A stretch of 64,000 nucleotides of DNA, taken from NCBI RefSeq assembly GCF_963506605.1, contig NC_083277.1, positions 56,110,001-56,174,000 on the forward strand, in the 5' to 3' direction. Shown here piece by piece: positions 38,056 through 49,760 of the stretch. Position 1 is the stretch's first letter, and the number at the start of each line of letters is the position of its first letter. Made by a program: the position numbers and the translations under genes. The notes under the pieces are model-generated. The model was not told the DNA's origin and ran no database searches. It was given only the letters and a program-made list of their open reading frames with translations. The DNA comes from Zootoca vivipara. Lineage: Eukaryota.

Positions 38056-39110
38056 CCTTGCCTGAAAGAGGGCGGAGGAAAGGGCGAAGCGTCAGACCCC
38101 ACTGTGCCCCCAAGGCCTCCAACGGCCCCGCTGCCTGCCAGGTCCCCCTCGATGGTCTCCCAACCTTCCCGCGTCGACCCCCAGCCAAGCAGGACTTGCC
38201 AGCGGCCCCTCGAGGTCAGAGCCCAGCCGCCGCCCCTGGACGCCCTCGGTGCTCTTCAGGACCGGACCCAGAGGCCCGTAGTCGTAGCCAACGCCACCCC
38301 TCCGCACTCGGCTCCGCGTAACTCACCTGACCCGGCCCGGAGGTGCCACTCCGCCTACAGCAGACAGAACCAGCCACCACGACATCTCCGTCAAACTCCC
38401 TTCCGAACCGGTCGACCAATCAGTGCGCCGGACGTGTCCAAGCTGCCTAAACACCCAATGGCGGCCGAGAGCGGCGAAGCTTGTCGGCCAATCAGAACGC
38501 TAGCTACCGCGTTGCCGCAGCAACGCGGACAGGTTAGAAATGCGACCGCTTTGCGTCATTGCCAAGGCGCCGCAGCAGACACGTCTCAAGGAAGGCGGCT
38601 TCAAGTTAGAGCCCCGCCCCTCTTTCCCGTTAGCACCGCCTCTAGACGGGCGGGGTGCGATGTCGTCACGCGTGCGCGACGCCAAGCGAGCCCTAGCAAC
38701 AAAGGCCTCCGCCTCCTCGTTCTCCGTAGTAGTGGCAACGTTCGTGACGTGCGGCGCTGCCATGTTTGTAGTGGCTTTGCGCTTGTTAACCGGGTGAGGG
38801 GAAGCCGTAGCGGGGGAAACTGCTTCGCTCTTCTCTATCGGCTCCTCTACCCGCTTTAAAGCGGGAGGTTGGCAGGAGGAAGAGGGAGGAGGCGCGAGAG
38901 TGAGCAGGGAGCGGCTGCACTGCAGGCGAGTCTCAGGGATGCGCTGGGTGGGCAAAGGAAGGGCCTCGACCTGGGCGCGTCACCGCAGCCTTCCGCGGGT
39001 GACGACGGGTCCGTTACTCTCGGGGAGGGGGCTTAGCGTTGCTTGACTTGGGCTTAACCGGGAGTGAGGTGAGTGCTGCCGTGTTTCTCTTCTTAGAGGA
39101 CGCTCCGGCT
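37950..39110. promoter_or_regulatory. CpG island / bidirectional promoter of GMPPB (-) and NICN1 (+), including putative non-coding first exons
   Basis: GC- and CpG-rich. Minus-strand donor CAG|GTGAGT at 38327/38326 would splice to the acceptor at 38062/38061, 6 nt before the GMPPB ATG. Plus-strand donor GAG|GTGAGT at 39068/39069 would splice to the acceptor at 39707/39708, 1 nt before the NICN1 ATG. CCAAT boxes at 38416, 38455 and 38488; GC box near 38612; X-box 38511-38524. Confidence 0.85.
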
Positions 39111-39708
39111 TTGCTAAGTAAAAAAACCGAGCTGCATCGTTGACAGGAAGCCTGTGTGGAGGGGGCCATCATTATATTATTGCTACGTTTTTATTGCTAA
39201 AATGTTTGATTTAGTAAAATAATACTAGTAATGATAATAACAGTATGTAAACCCTTGGAGGAGCTTGGTCCCATTTGTCTTTAATCAGAAGTGTGCCCCT
39301 CACCCCTGAATGTGATGTGGCTTACTTCCAAGTAAGCATACATAGGATTGTACCTTCTTGGTTTTATTGGATCCTGGCCTTTCACAGCAGGCAGCATCAG
39401 ATACGTGAAACAAAGCTGCTATGCTACTGGGTGATCTGCAGAACTTGCTTTGTTGCTGGAATATGATCCCCCAAATATACATGTTATAGCCATTAGTAGT
39501 CTGCATTTGTATTGGAATTTTGAATGGATGTTTTGTTGCTGGTGTGTGTGCTGCACTGGGCTTTACTATTCAATTTATTTACTACTAATAATAAATAAAT
39601 AAATAAACAAACAAACAAACAGGGGGCAGGTTCCCAAGTTTCAGTATAGGGAGGTGGAGGTTGTAATATTTATGTGCTGCTTAATGGAGTCCACTACTCT
39701 CTTCCAGC

Positions 39709-42700
39709 ATGGGGACCATGGCTCATGAGCCTGTTCCCTGCATTTTAAAGAGCCCAGTCTCACTGCAAGTGGGAGACATGAGGACTGAGCAAGGCCGTCC
39801 TGGTGTTCTGGTGATTGATGTTGTGCTTCCACACTCACAGACCATTGATGTAAGTATGGGAGGAAACCAAGTGGGTGGGGCTTGCAATTGTCAGATCTTA
39901 CGTTTGAAGTCTCTCATTTTAACTGTAAAGCTGATATAGAAACTACGATGGTGAAGCAGGAAGCACCTGCTTCAAAACTCACCTTTATTAACTCACTTGG
40001 TTCCCCTAGGCAAGCTTCTCTACCTTGCTCCAAGCTGTAATTTAGATATTCAAGCAGTGACCTGCTCCAAGGGTTGCAGTAACATTTCTGAGCAAGAAAA
40101 GGAGGAATCCATGACAGTCCTCCCCTCATATTGCTATCCTCAGTTGCAGGAAATAGTGTTCAAGAACTATTACACAGCCTTTCTGACTCTACGGGTGCAG
40201 CGCCGAAACCCTGCAGATGGTGGGAACGAAAGTCCTCCCAAGTGGGTTACTTGTCTGCAGAATTACTGCTTGATGCCCAACCCTCACACAGAAGAAGGCT
40301 CTCAGGATTACTTCTCTCTCTCCAGACATCAGGTAGGTATTTCTGTTGGTATTGCACATAAATCATAGAATTGGAAGGGATGCAAGGGTCATCTAGTCCA
40401 ACCCCCTGCAATGCAGGAATCTCAGGAGATGATTCAATTATTCTGCTAATTCATATTGTTTCCTGTCTGAAATGGCAACCTGTGCTCCACACAACATTCC
40501 TGGTTTATTTTGTTGCGCCATCACACTTTAGCCACCACTGAGTAAATCTGGAATAGAGCTGGGATAGGGAACTTGTGGCTTCCATGTTATTGGACTCCAA
40601 CTCCCATCAATGCTAGCCAGCATGGCCAATGGTCAGAGAATGTGGGAGCAGTAGTTGTCAGGGGTGGCGGGCTTCCTCTCTTCACACAATCACCATGAGA
40701 GGCTCCTGACGTTTTTATAGTCTTTACAGTATTTACAGTATTGTCATTAGCACATAATGATCATTAATCAGAGTCACTCAGTTCAGATCTCTGCTGAGCT
40801 CTGCATCCGCCCCGCCAACACACCAGGAAATGGTGAACCTGCTCACTTCATCTTTCGCCCCTCCTTTTCTCCACACATCTCATGAGAGCCGGTTTAACCC
40901 CCCCCCCCCGAGTCTGAGCTAGAACTTAACCCTCGCTGCTCCTCTCGACTGACTTCAACAACTCTTTCTTCCTCTCTCCCCCCCCCCCAGCACATCCTCC
41001 TCCATCACTGCATCTCCCCCTCCCTCTAGGAAACCTGACACCTCTAGCTCAACCCTAACATCAGTCTTGCAATGTCTGGTGGACAACAAGTTCCCCACCC
41101 CTTCTTTAGTGTGCCAGATGATAATTGGGGGAACGGTATGGGCTGTGTGTTTTCTGTAATATAATTTCTAAAAAATTATAAAACTCTGCATGCTCTTACT
41201 GCCCATAGGGTACCTTTCAGCTCTGTCTATTACAGGCACCGTTTTGGCTAGTCTTATTAAAATGCTTCAGCTACATTGAGAGTTTTGTATTGGAGAAATG
41301 CAGAACCAAGGTAATGCTTGGTAACTTTCAGGAAAAATTATTAATGATTTGTTTAATTAATTAATTATTAATTAAAGATTAATAATAATTAATGATAGGG
41401 ATCCCAGCCAAACTTCATTTTTAATAGTTCGAGTTACAACCTAGCCCACCAAAACTTCAAGAGTACTTAGTAACGGTTTAGGTACACTGAGGGGAAAGGA
41501 TTGACAGTTGTAATGGCTTTGCAGTCCCAAAGTAATAGGCAAAATGAATGTCTGTTTTTATTATTTTTCTATAGAGTTTTTTTTTTAGTATGCAAAGGTC
41601 TTTACAGGTCTAACTTTTTCCATTCTTGCAACAAGGTAGATCCTTACAGTTTTGCTTTTAACTAAGATTTTAACAATCTGAGACACAGAAATGCTGGTGT
41701 GCTTGAATCCACCCAGGAAAACTATAGCTGAGCCGAGATTTAACTAGATCTACAAGGTCCAGTGCTCAGAACTGAAGTACTACTACTGTATATGTACCAG
41801 ACCATGATAATACCCTGACTTGGCCTTAATTCCTGACCCTACTGATACTGTATTCTAGTTAGTTTGGAATGATTCCCTATTGTTTGTATCAAGGGAGAAG
41901 TTATTAGAAGCTCTTACAATGCTACAGCAAATCATTGTTTACTTTGTTTTGAAGGGATATTGGGCCTTGGTGCAGTTTCAGTGATGCCTTGTCTCCCTTA
42001 CTTTGCCAGATGCTCTGTGATGTGGACCGAGTGGCTGCCATGCGTCTCATCCTGCGTCAACCATCTCCAGTATGGCTGCATTTCACCATTGAGGAGCTGC
42101 AGCTTTTCCCTGGGGGTCAGAAGGTACATACTCAACTCATCCCCAAAGCACCTGTTCTTTCTATAACCATTGTTCTATGGTTGTAATGGCTTGCTCACCA
42201 TTGAATGAAGCCTTCTTCAGAAGACAGTCTAGGGTCTGATAACTGGCTGAACTCCGGCTCGCTGTGCTTTACTCCCCCCCCCCCCAAAATGCTAGGTCGC
42301 ACATCTGAACTGGAGAAGATGCTGCACTTAGATCTCTTTGATTCAGAGCTACCAGCTTCTGTCCTCCTTTTCTAGCCTTCAGCTTCTGTGGAGCCAAGTC
42401 TCCTATTCTGTTCCGCTGCTTGGCCTGAGTTTTATCAGAGTTTCCTGTATCAATTACTATTCAATAAGTTTGCCTTTCTTCGCTCTCTCAGGTTAAGATC
42501 TCTGCTACCCATGGAGCAAGATTATTAATGGCTCTCCCCCTGCCAATTCATTCTAATTTCCATGGTATGAATTTCACATCCTTAGTGTGGCTCACCAATG
42601 AAACTGCCAGAGCCCCTCATGTACATAATCCGTGTTATTAACTCTGCAGTTGCCAGGTTCAATTCTAAAGCTGATTTTAGAGTGAGCTTTCACCTGTGAA

Positions 42701-44275
42701 ATCCAGATGGGGGAAAAACATTCTCCTGGACACTGTACCTCTGAATACAGTGAGAATAGCCCCCTCCTTGTCCCCTGGTAAATAATGCTCCTATGAGAGC
42801 TTGAAGTAAATAGATGGTACTAGTCCATAAGAGTGAATTCTACACTTTCCTGTGGGCAGTAGAGACAAGTATTTACCATATTTTCCAGCATATAAGACGA
42901 CTGGGCGTATAAGACGACCCCCAACTTTTCCAGTTAAAATATAGAGTTTGGGATATACTTGCAGTATAAGACTACCCCTCTGCCTACGATCGTCCGTGGG
43001 CCAGACATGCCCATGCTGCCCATATCCAAAATGTCCGCAGCGCCAGAAATTGCTTCTGCACATGTCCAGAAGCCGAAAATCGCATCTGGACATGCACCGA
43101 AGCGATTTCCAGCGCCGCACTGCCCATTTCCAAAATGTCTGCAACGCCAGAAATCGCTTCTGCAGCTGCATATAAGACGACCTGGTGTATAAGATGACCC
43201 CCGACTTTTGAGAAGATTTTCTTTTCCTGGGGTAAAAAGTCATCTTATACACCGGAAAATACAGTATGCCTTTAGGCAGCCCGCTCTGAGAGAGTAAATT
43301 GATGAAGGTAAAAAGGGTAATATAACATTCCAGTTGGTAGAGAATCAGCAGTGTTTTGCCCTGGAGCTTTTTTTTTTATCTTCCAGAGTCCACAAAAAGG
43401 CTTCCCAGCTTGGCTTTCTCACCCATCTCCTCAGGAGCGGCCAACAAACATGCGTGATGTAAGTATTGTTGGTAACATTGGGGGCTTCTGATTTGCTGAC
43501 AGGCTCCTGGCAGGGAATGGCTCTGGGGAGATGTGATGTTTTCTCAACAAAAGCAGTGGAGAAGCTGCTTATATGACTATATGACTATCCTTCACTTCCA
43601 GGGACTCCCTGATGCTGACAAAGTGTCTTCTGAACTGCAGCAAATGTGGGTTTTGACCGAGATGCTCCAAGCCAACCAGCCAGCAGCACGAATTGGCCGT
43701 TTTGATGTTAGTTTCATATTGCTTTTGCTTCTTGTTTGGGGAGTATGTCCTTCACTGCAGTCCAGTTAGAACTCACACCCCTATCTTGAAGACTTACTTC
43801 AAGTTTATACTCCGCATTTGCAGCCCGCAGAGCGTGCACATGAACCTTAGAAGAGCCCTGCTGGATCATGCCAAAGGCCCACTTGGGCTGCCCTGTTTCC
43901 AGCAGTGGACCAGGAAAGCTGCAATGAAAGAATTCGGCACTCAGTATGGAATTTCTATTCATCATGCGTCCTTCTTCCTCTAAGGAACTTAAGGATGGCT
44001 TGCATGAAGTTTTTGTATTTTACCCTAGGGCAATTTGGGCTACAGCATAGTGACTCTCCCAAGGTTACCCTGTTGGATAAGTGGAAATTTGAATTCAGCT
44101 CCCCCTAAGTTCATGCCCAGCATTCTGTCCACTGGAGGGAATGGAGGCTGCGTGGAAGAAACATACATCCTGTAACATTCCCAATGTGTTGACTCTTTGC
44201 TAAAAATAATTCCCTGTACCTCTCTTGTTTCAGGTGAATGGCTCCTATGACCTTAACCTCCTTTCCTACACTTGA
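39709..44275 (+). CDS. NICN1: Nicolin-1 (tubulin polyglutamylase complex subunit 5), 220 aa; join(39709..39849,40144..40332,42010..42123,43387..43458,43602..43706,44234..44275)
   Basis: Translation ...GRPGVLVID-LQEIVFKNYYTAFL...CLMPNPHTEEG-MLCD...LILRQPSPVWLHF-...-GLPDADKVSSELQQMW...RIGRFD-VNGSYDLNLLSYT* matches nicolin-1. 663 nt, all phase-0 GT-AG introns. A second ATG in ACCATGG context at 39718 may be the start. Confidence 0.96.
40656..41060. mobile_element. Probable solo LTR nested in a palindromic MITE (~40556-41101)
   Basis: TG...CA inverted termini TGTCAGGGG / ACCCTAACA; the two flanks rejoin into the MITE core. TSD is imperfect. Confidence 0.5.
42876..43264. mobile_element. Tc1/mariner (Tc2-like) non-autonomous element in NICN1 intron
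   Basis: TA-flanked TIRs CCATATTTTCCAGCATATAAGACGAC / GTCATCTTATACACCGGAAAATACAG; repeated TATAAGACGAC subterminal motifs. Confidence 0.85.
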
Positions 44276-45864
44276 GTTTTCCCAGGACTCAAAGCTGACT
44301 AAGTTCCTAAGAGCTGGACTCACTGAGCTGCACCCCCACAGTGTTGGATTGGCTTGAGACAGGAAGAAATGATGGACTAAGTCTGTTGCCTTCATGTTCC
44401 AGTCCTTCCCTTTTCCACTGCATGGAGGTGGCCTTTGTGGGAACTCTCCAGCTCTACTCTGTTCTGCCTACCAGGTCTTATGTGGAGATTGTTCTCCATT
44501 TTGCACTGGACCCTGGAAGGCTGGGTTCCCTTGAACTTGAAGGTGCCTTATTTGGGCTCTTCATCTCCTGGTCTGTTTTTTGGAAGCCCTGCTGTTTGAT
44601 GCATGTTTCTTTTGGGGGCAAAATCAAGCAACCTTTCAAGAATCTGGTACTATAATGGAGGCAGGGCAGGATGGAGAGAATAATCCTTCATTTTGGCAAG
44701 AGAAATGACTTGAAATGTCTTGAAGCTGACAAGACTGAAGGTTTTAAATTCTCAAATTCACGTGTTGGTGTTCCAGAGAGAATGAGAACTCCCTTGTTGC
44801 TTCCTCTGCTATGGCTACCTCATTTGCTACCTACACTATGTAATTGTGTTGGGTTTTAATCAGTGGGTGGCAATAAGAAATGCTTCCTGAAGAGTCAATC
44901 TCCCACCTCTTTTTTCCTGGAGGGATGTGAGTAGCTTAGTTGTGAATTGCACAGAGCTAGCCCTTGACAACCTGTCACTAGCTTTGGCTACAATATTGTA
45001 AGGGCCACATTAGAGAAATGGTTTACCCTAGTCAAATGGCAGTGCCAGACTGTGCTGTGTTGGTTTTTAGCTGAGTCCTGGAGCACATTGTCATTTTTTT
45101 ACAGCCACAGCGATAGACATTTCAAGTAGCGAAAATAGCATCATGTTAGAAAGTCTGAAAAGTCCTTAAGCTGAGTTGCAACCTGGATTACCAGCTGTCA
45201 CCTTTGTATTCTTAAATATCACCATATTAATCTTTCCAACTCATCAAATAACCCTTGCATGGTTGTAGATACTCGTTTCCAGTCCATGAATTACTATGCT
45301 CAACAATGAGTGTTGAAAGCTGAGGTGAATAAATGGTAAAAGTCTGGATTCAGATCCCTGCTCTGTCAAGGAGCTTCTAGACTGCCTTTGAACAATCACT
45401 TTCTCTCAACAGTACATCTTAAACTGCCTTTCAAAGGGCTGCTATGATGGTTACAATGAGAATATTCAAACACTTCCCCATACTGACAGGCAGAGATATT
45501 TTTTGAACAGAACAGCGCTACGTTGCTTCTTAGCAAGGGTATCTTCTTGTGGTAGGGGGCACTTCCTGCAGTAATGTCCATGATATGCAATAGTCTGATG
45601 GACCAAGCTGCAGAATAAAATGAATTAGTGCAGTAGGATGTGTAGCTGACTTTTTAATTTTATTTTTAATGCTGGACTTTAGATCTTGGGAACAACCTCT
45701 TTTCCGTAGCTGTGTAACTTTCCTTTCTGTTATTTATTATGAATTATGTATGCTACTTTATTTATAGCTGGAAAGAGCCACAGTGATGATCTAACCCATT
45801 GCAAGTATAATAAACTTTTACTGAATACAGTGAAAGGCCTTTGCAAATTTTGAACGAGTCTGAT

Positions 45865-46035
45865 GTCAGGAAGCTGCCTTATACAGATCATTGGTACCTC
45901 TAGCTCAGTATTGTCTGAGCACCAATGTCTCTTCAGGGTTTCAGATAAGGATGTTTCTTAGCCTAACTTGGAGATGCCCAACTTGGGAGCTTCTGCTTGT
46001 AAATAATGTGCTCTGCTACTGAGCTGCAACCCTTA
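45865..46035 (-). mobile_element. Squam3-like SINE, diverged
   Basis: AGGAAGCTGCCTTATAC...TAGCTCAGTATTGTCT...TGCTCTGCTACTGAGCT, the reverse complement of the SINE consensus pattern. Confidence 0.6.
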
Positions 46036-46172
46036 CCCATTGCAATCCATTGCATTAAATCAGGGTTAATGTCTTTGAAGTATTTTTCAGTGGATGATTA
46101 TCCAAATGCATCACAAATAAATGATTGTTGTATTGTATGTGCTTGGTGCATTGTACTTCTCAAACCTTTGTT

Positions 46173-48010
46173 GTTGTTGTTGTTTAGTCGTTTAGTCGTG
46201 TCCGACTCTTCGTGACCCCACGGACCATAGCACGCCAGGCACTCCTATCTTGCACTGCCTCCCGCAGTTTGGTCAAATTCATGTTCGTAGCTTCGAGAAC
46301 ACTGTCCAACCATCTTGTCCTCTGTCGTCCCCTTCTCCTAGTGCCCTCAATCTTTCCCAACATCAGGGTCTTTTCCAAGGATTCTTCTCTTCTCATGAGG
46401 TGGCCAAAGTATTGGAGCCTCAGCTTTACGATCTGTCCTTCCAGGGAGCACTCAGGGCTGATTTTCTTAAGAATGGATAGGTTTGATCTTCTAGCAGTCC
46501 ATGGGACTCTCAAGAGTCTCCTCCAGCACCATAATTCAAAAGCATCTATTCTTCGGCGATCAGCCTTCTTTATGGTCCAGCTCTCACTTCCATACATCAC
46601 TACTGGGAAAACCATAGCTTTAACTATACGAACCTTTGTTGGCAAGGTGATGTCTCTGCTTTTTAAGATGCTGTCTAGGTTTGTCATTGCTTTTCTCCCA
46701 AGAAGCAGGCGTCTTTTAATTTCGTGACTGCTGTCACCATCTGCAGTGATCAAGGAGCCCAAGAAAGTAAAATCTCTCACTGCCTCCATTTCTTCCCCTT
46801 CTATTTGCCAGGAGGTGATGGGACCAGTGGCCATGATCTTGGTTTTTTTGATGTTGAGCTTCAGACCATATTTTGCGCTCTCCTCTTTCACCCTCATTAA
46901 AAGGTTCTTTAATTCCTCTTCGCTTTCTGCCATCAAGGTTGTGTCATCTGCATATCTGAGGTTGTTGATATTTCTTCCGGCAATCTTAATTCCGACTTGG
47001 GATTCATCTAGTCCAGCCTTTCGCATGATGAATTCTGCATATAAGTTAAATAAGCAGGGAGACAATATACAACCTTGTCGTACTCCTTTCCCAATTTTGA
47101 ACCAATCAGTTGTTCCATATCCAGTTCTAACTGTAGCTTCTTGTCCCACATAGAGATTTCTCAGGAGACAGATGAGGTGATCAGGCACTCCCATTTCTTT
47201 AAGAACTTGCCATAGTTTGCTGTGGTCGACACAGTCAAAGGCTTTTGCATAGTCAATGAAGCAGAAGTAGACGTTTTTCTGGAACTCTCTAGCTTTCTCC
47301 ATAATCCAGCGCATGTTTGCTATTTGGTCTCTGGTTCCTCTGCCCTTTCGAAATCCAGCTTGCACTTCTGGGAGTTCTCGGTCCACATACTACCTAAGCC
47401 TGCCTTGTAGAATTTTAAGCATAACCTTGCTAGCGTGTGAAATGAGCGCAATTGTGCGGTAGTTGGAGCATTCTTTGGCACTGCCCTTCTTTGGAATTGG
47501 GATGTAGACTGATCTTCTCCAATCCTCTGGCCATTGCTGAGTTTTCCAAACTTGCTGGCATATTGGGTGTAGCACCTTAACAGCATCATCTTTTAAAATT
47601 TTAAATAGTTCAGCTGGAATATCATCACTTCCACTGGCCTTGTTATTAGCAGTGCTTTCTAAGGCCCATTTGACTTCACTCTCCAAGATGTCTGGCTCAA
47701 GGTCAGCAACCACACTACCTGGGGTGTACGAGACCTCCATATCTTTCTGGTATAATTCCTCTGTGTATTCTTGCCACCTCTTCTTGATGTCTTCTGCTTC
47801 TGTTAGGTCCTTACCACTTTTGTCCTTGGTTATGGTAATCTTTGTACGAAATGTTCCTTTCATATCTCCAATTTTCTTGAACAGATCTCTGGTTTTCCCC
47901 ATTCTATTGTTTTCCTCTATTTCTTTGCATTGCTCATTTAAGAAGACCCTCTTGTCTCTCCTTGCTGTTTTTTGGAAATATGCATTCAGTTTCCTGTATC
48001 TTTCCCTTTC
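46173..48010 (-). mobile_element. 5'-truncated BovB (RTE-clade) LINE with reverse transcriptase, one nonsense mutation
   Basis: ORFs 47390-47902 and 46184-47386 are in the same frame, separated by one TAG. RT motifs FIDYAKAFD, GVRQGCILSP and LRYADD; (AAC)n tail; TSD CCTTTGTT (46165-72 / 48011-18). Confidence 0.96.
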
Positions 48011-48859
48011 CCTTTGTTAAGTTTATTTATGAACCTGTAAATAGCATCTAAAATTAGGAGTACATGGGCCAATGCTCTTTTTCCATGCTAGATGCTGAGT
48101 AACCAAAAGGGGGAGTGGCAAGTTGGAAGGAGAATAGAAGCAAAGGCCGCTGTCTAATTCTGAATTGAATATGACAGCTGAATATTGATTTAAAAAAATT
48201 TAAAAAGAAAAGCCAATTGCTTCCAAAACCTTCCTTGTTTTAGCAAACATCCTAGATAACCTGCAAAATAAGGGAGGGAAATACCAACACAAATTCTGGT
48301 GTTCCAGGCTACTTTGATCCTATGTAGTCTGTTTTTTATCCAATCCAACTGATTCATGCATGCCTGGTTAATTGGAAATAAAAAATGCCCTTCCTGGAAC
48401 CATTGCTCTGCTTCTACAGCCTTCCAGTCCTATCATTGCTTTCTATATTCCCTTGTCTTTAAAGTAAAAGTAAGTATTTTGAAAGACCTGTTAATTGGCT
48501 ATGGTATCCTTTGGATTTTTAAACGCCTAATCACACTACATCTCATGCACTCATGAGAACACCACTGTTCTCTAAGCTAATATTGCTAGCAACTCTGTAT
48601 TGTAGTCCGCTATTTACATATTGATCCATCCACTTGATTAGAGTTTCTTCTAGAATGAACGCTAAGCAGCACTAAAAGGTAATTCCCTGCTCCAGTTGTG
48701 TGATCTGGGCATCTTCTGTGCGTGTAAAAAATCGAGGGAGAGAACTATCCCTACGTTTTCTGCTGAGAAGCCCTTACCTTGCACCCTTTCAGGACCATTG
48801 TCCATTTTGCACTCCTCAATATTCCAACTGAATAGACTGGCTTCATAAAGGAAGTGGCC

Positions 48860-49760
48860 TGCGCATCTCGCCTGGACAGCACTGGCTTCGGTGACGAACG
48901 CGGTTCATCTTGGGGTCAACAGCGAGTCCGGTCTGCCTGGATGCTTCCTCTCCTTTTCATCTTCGGCTGGGGAGGGCGAGCCCTCTGGTCACTTGCCGCC
49001 GAAACGGGACTACATTTCCCAGGCTCCTCCCCGGGACTTGAGCTCTGGGCCCAGGGGAGGGGCTGTCCTCTCCAGCCAAGTCGTAGGGGCGCCCGGGAAA
49101 ATGCTTCGGGCCGGCGTCGGAGCTGCTGTTCGGCTCGCGGCTCCGGGCTGTGGGTCCACCGGAGCTGCCGCACGCGGGAAGCGGGGCTACGCCTCCGGGC
49201 AGGTGAGCTGGGGACACCCGCCTCTCCTCCCATTCGGCTGCAGGTGTGCGCTCGGAAGCCCGGCAACAGGCGAGCCTTGCGCGGAGTTGGAAGTGGCGTA
49301 GCGCGGCTGGCTCGCTCCGGGCATTCAGGGGAGCAACCGTCCCCTGGTGCCGGAGGGAAGGGGGCCAGGCGGGGAACTTTGGGTTGGAAGAGTTGCGCTC
49401 TGTTTTTCAAACGTTCACGACTGAAACGGGTCAACCGCACAACCTGCTTATTGTCACTGTTTTAAAGTCCGGGGGATATCTGAATTAATAGAAGGCAGTC
49501 CCAGAGCGCGTGCAGAGTGCATTGCTTTCGCACTAGCTCTCGAGCATCGGAGATTTCGTTCCCCCAGCATCTTTAGAAATGGAGCGTTGATCTTGGCCTG
49601 GTTTGAGGGGAGACCGGGTGATGAGAACAAGGGATCTCCTTGGAGACGGAAAAGGCTGAGGAGCCCCGACAGAGCCCTCGCCCGCCCGCCCGCTCACCCC
49701 TCGCGTCCTTTTGGTTGAGTCGGGGGCGGGCGCAGTTCCCTGAGCATTCTAATGGCGAGG
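48860..49760 (+). promoter_or_regulatory. CpG island / promoter and exon 1 of AMT
   Basis: CpG-rich block around ATG 49101, with a ZNF143/THAP11-type motif ACTACATTTCCCAG at 49009-49022. Confidence 0.8.

Noticed and set aside
37948-38859. 303-aa plus-strand ORF across the GMPPB promoter
   Set aside because: Pro/Arg/Ala-rich product of a stop-poor CpG island, antisense to GMPPB exons, with no recognisable domain.
42876-43264. Spaced TATAAGACGAC repeats resembling a CRISPR-like array
   Set aside because: Irregular spacing, vertebrate genome, and bounded by TIRs with a TA TSD, so these are transposon subterminal repeats.
48854-49488. Long overlapping ORFs and an open frame upstream of the AMT ATG
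   Set aside because: CpG-island effect. The upstream frame has no ATG, and ATG 49101 begins a typical mitochondrial transit peptide.
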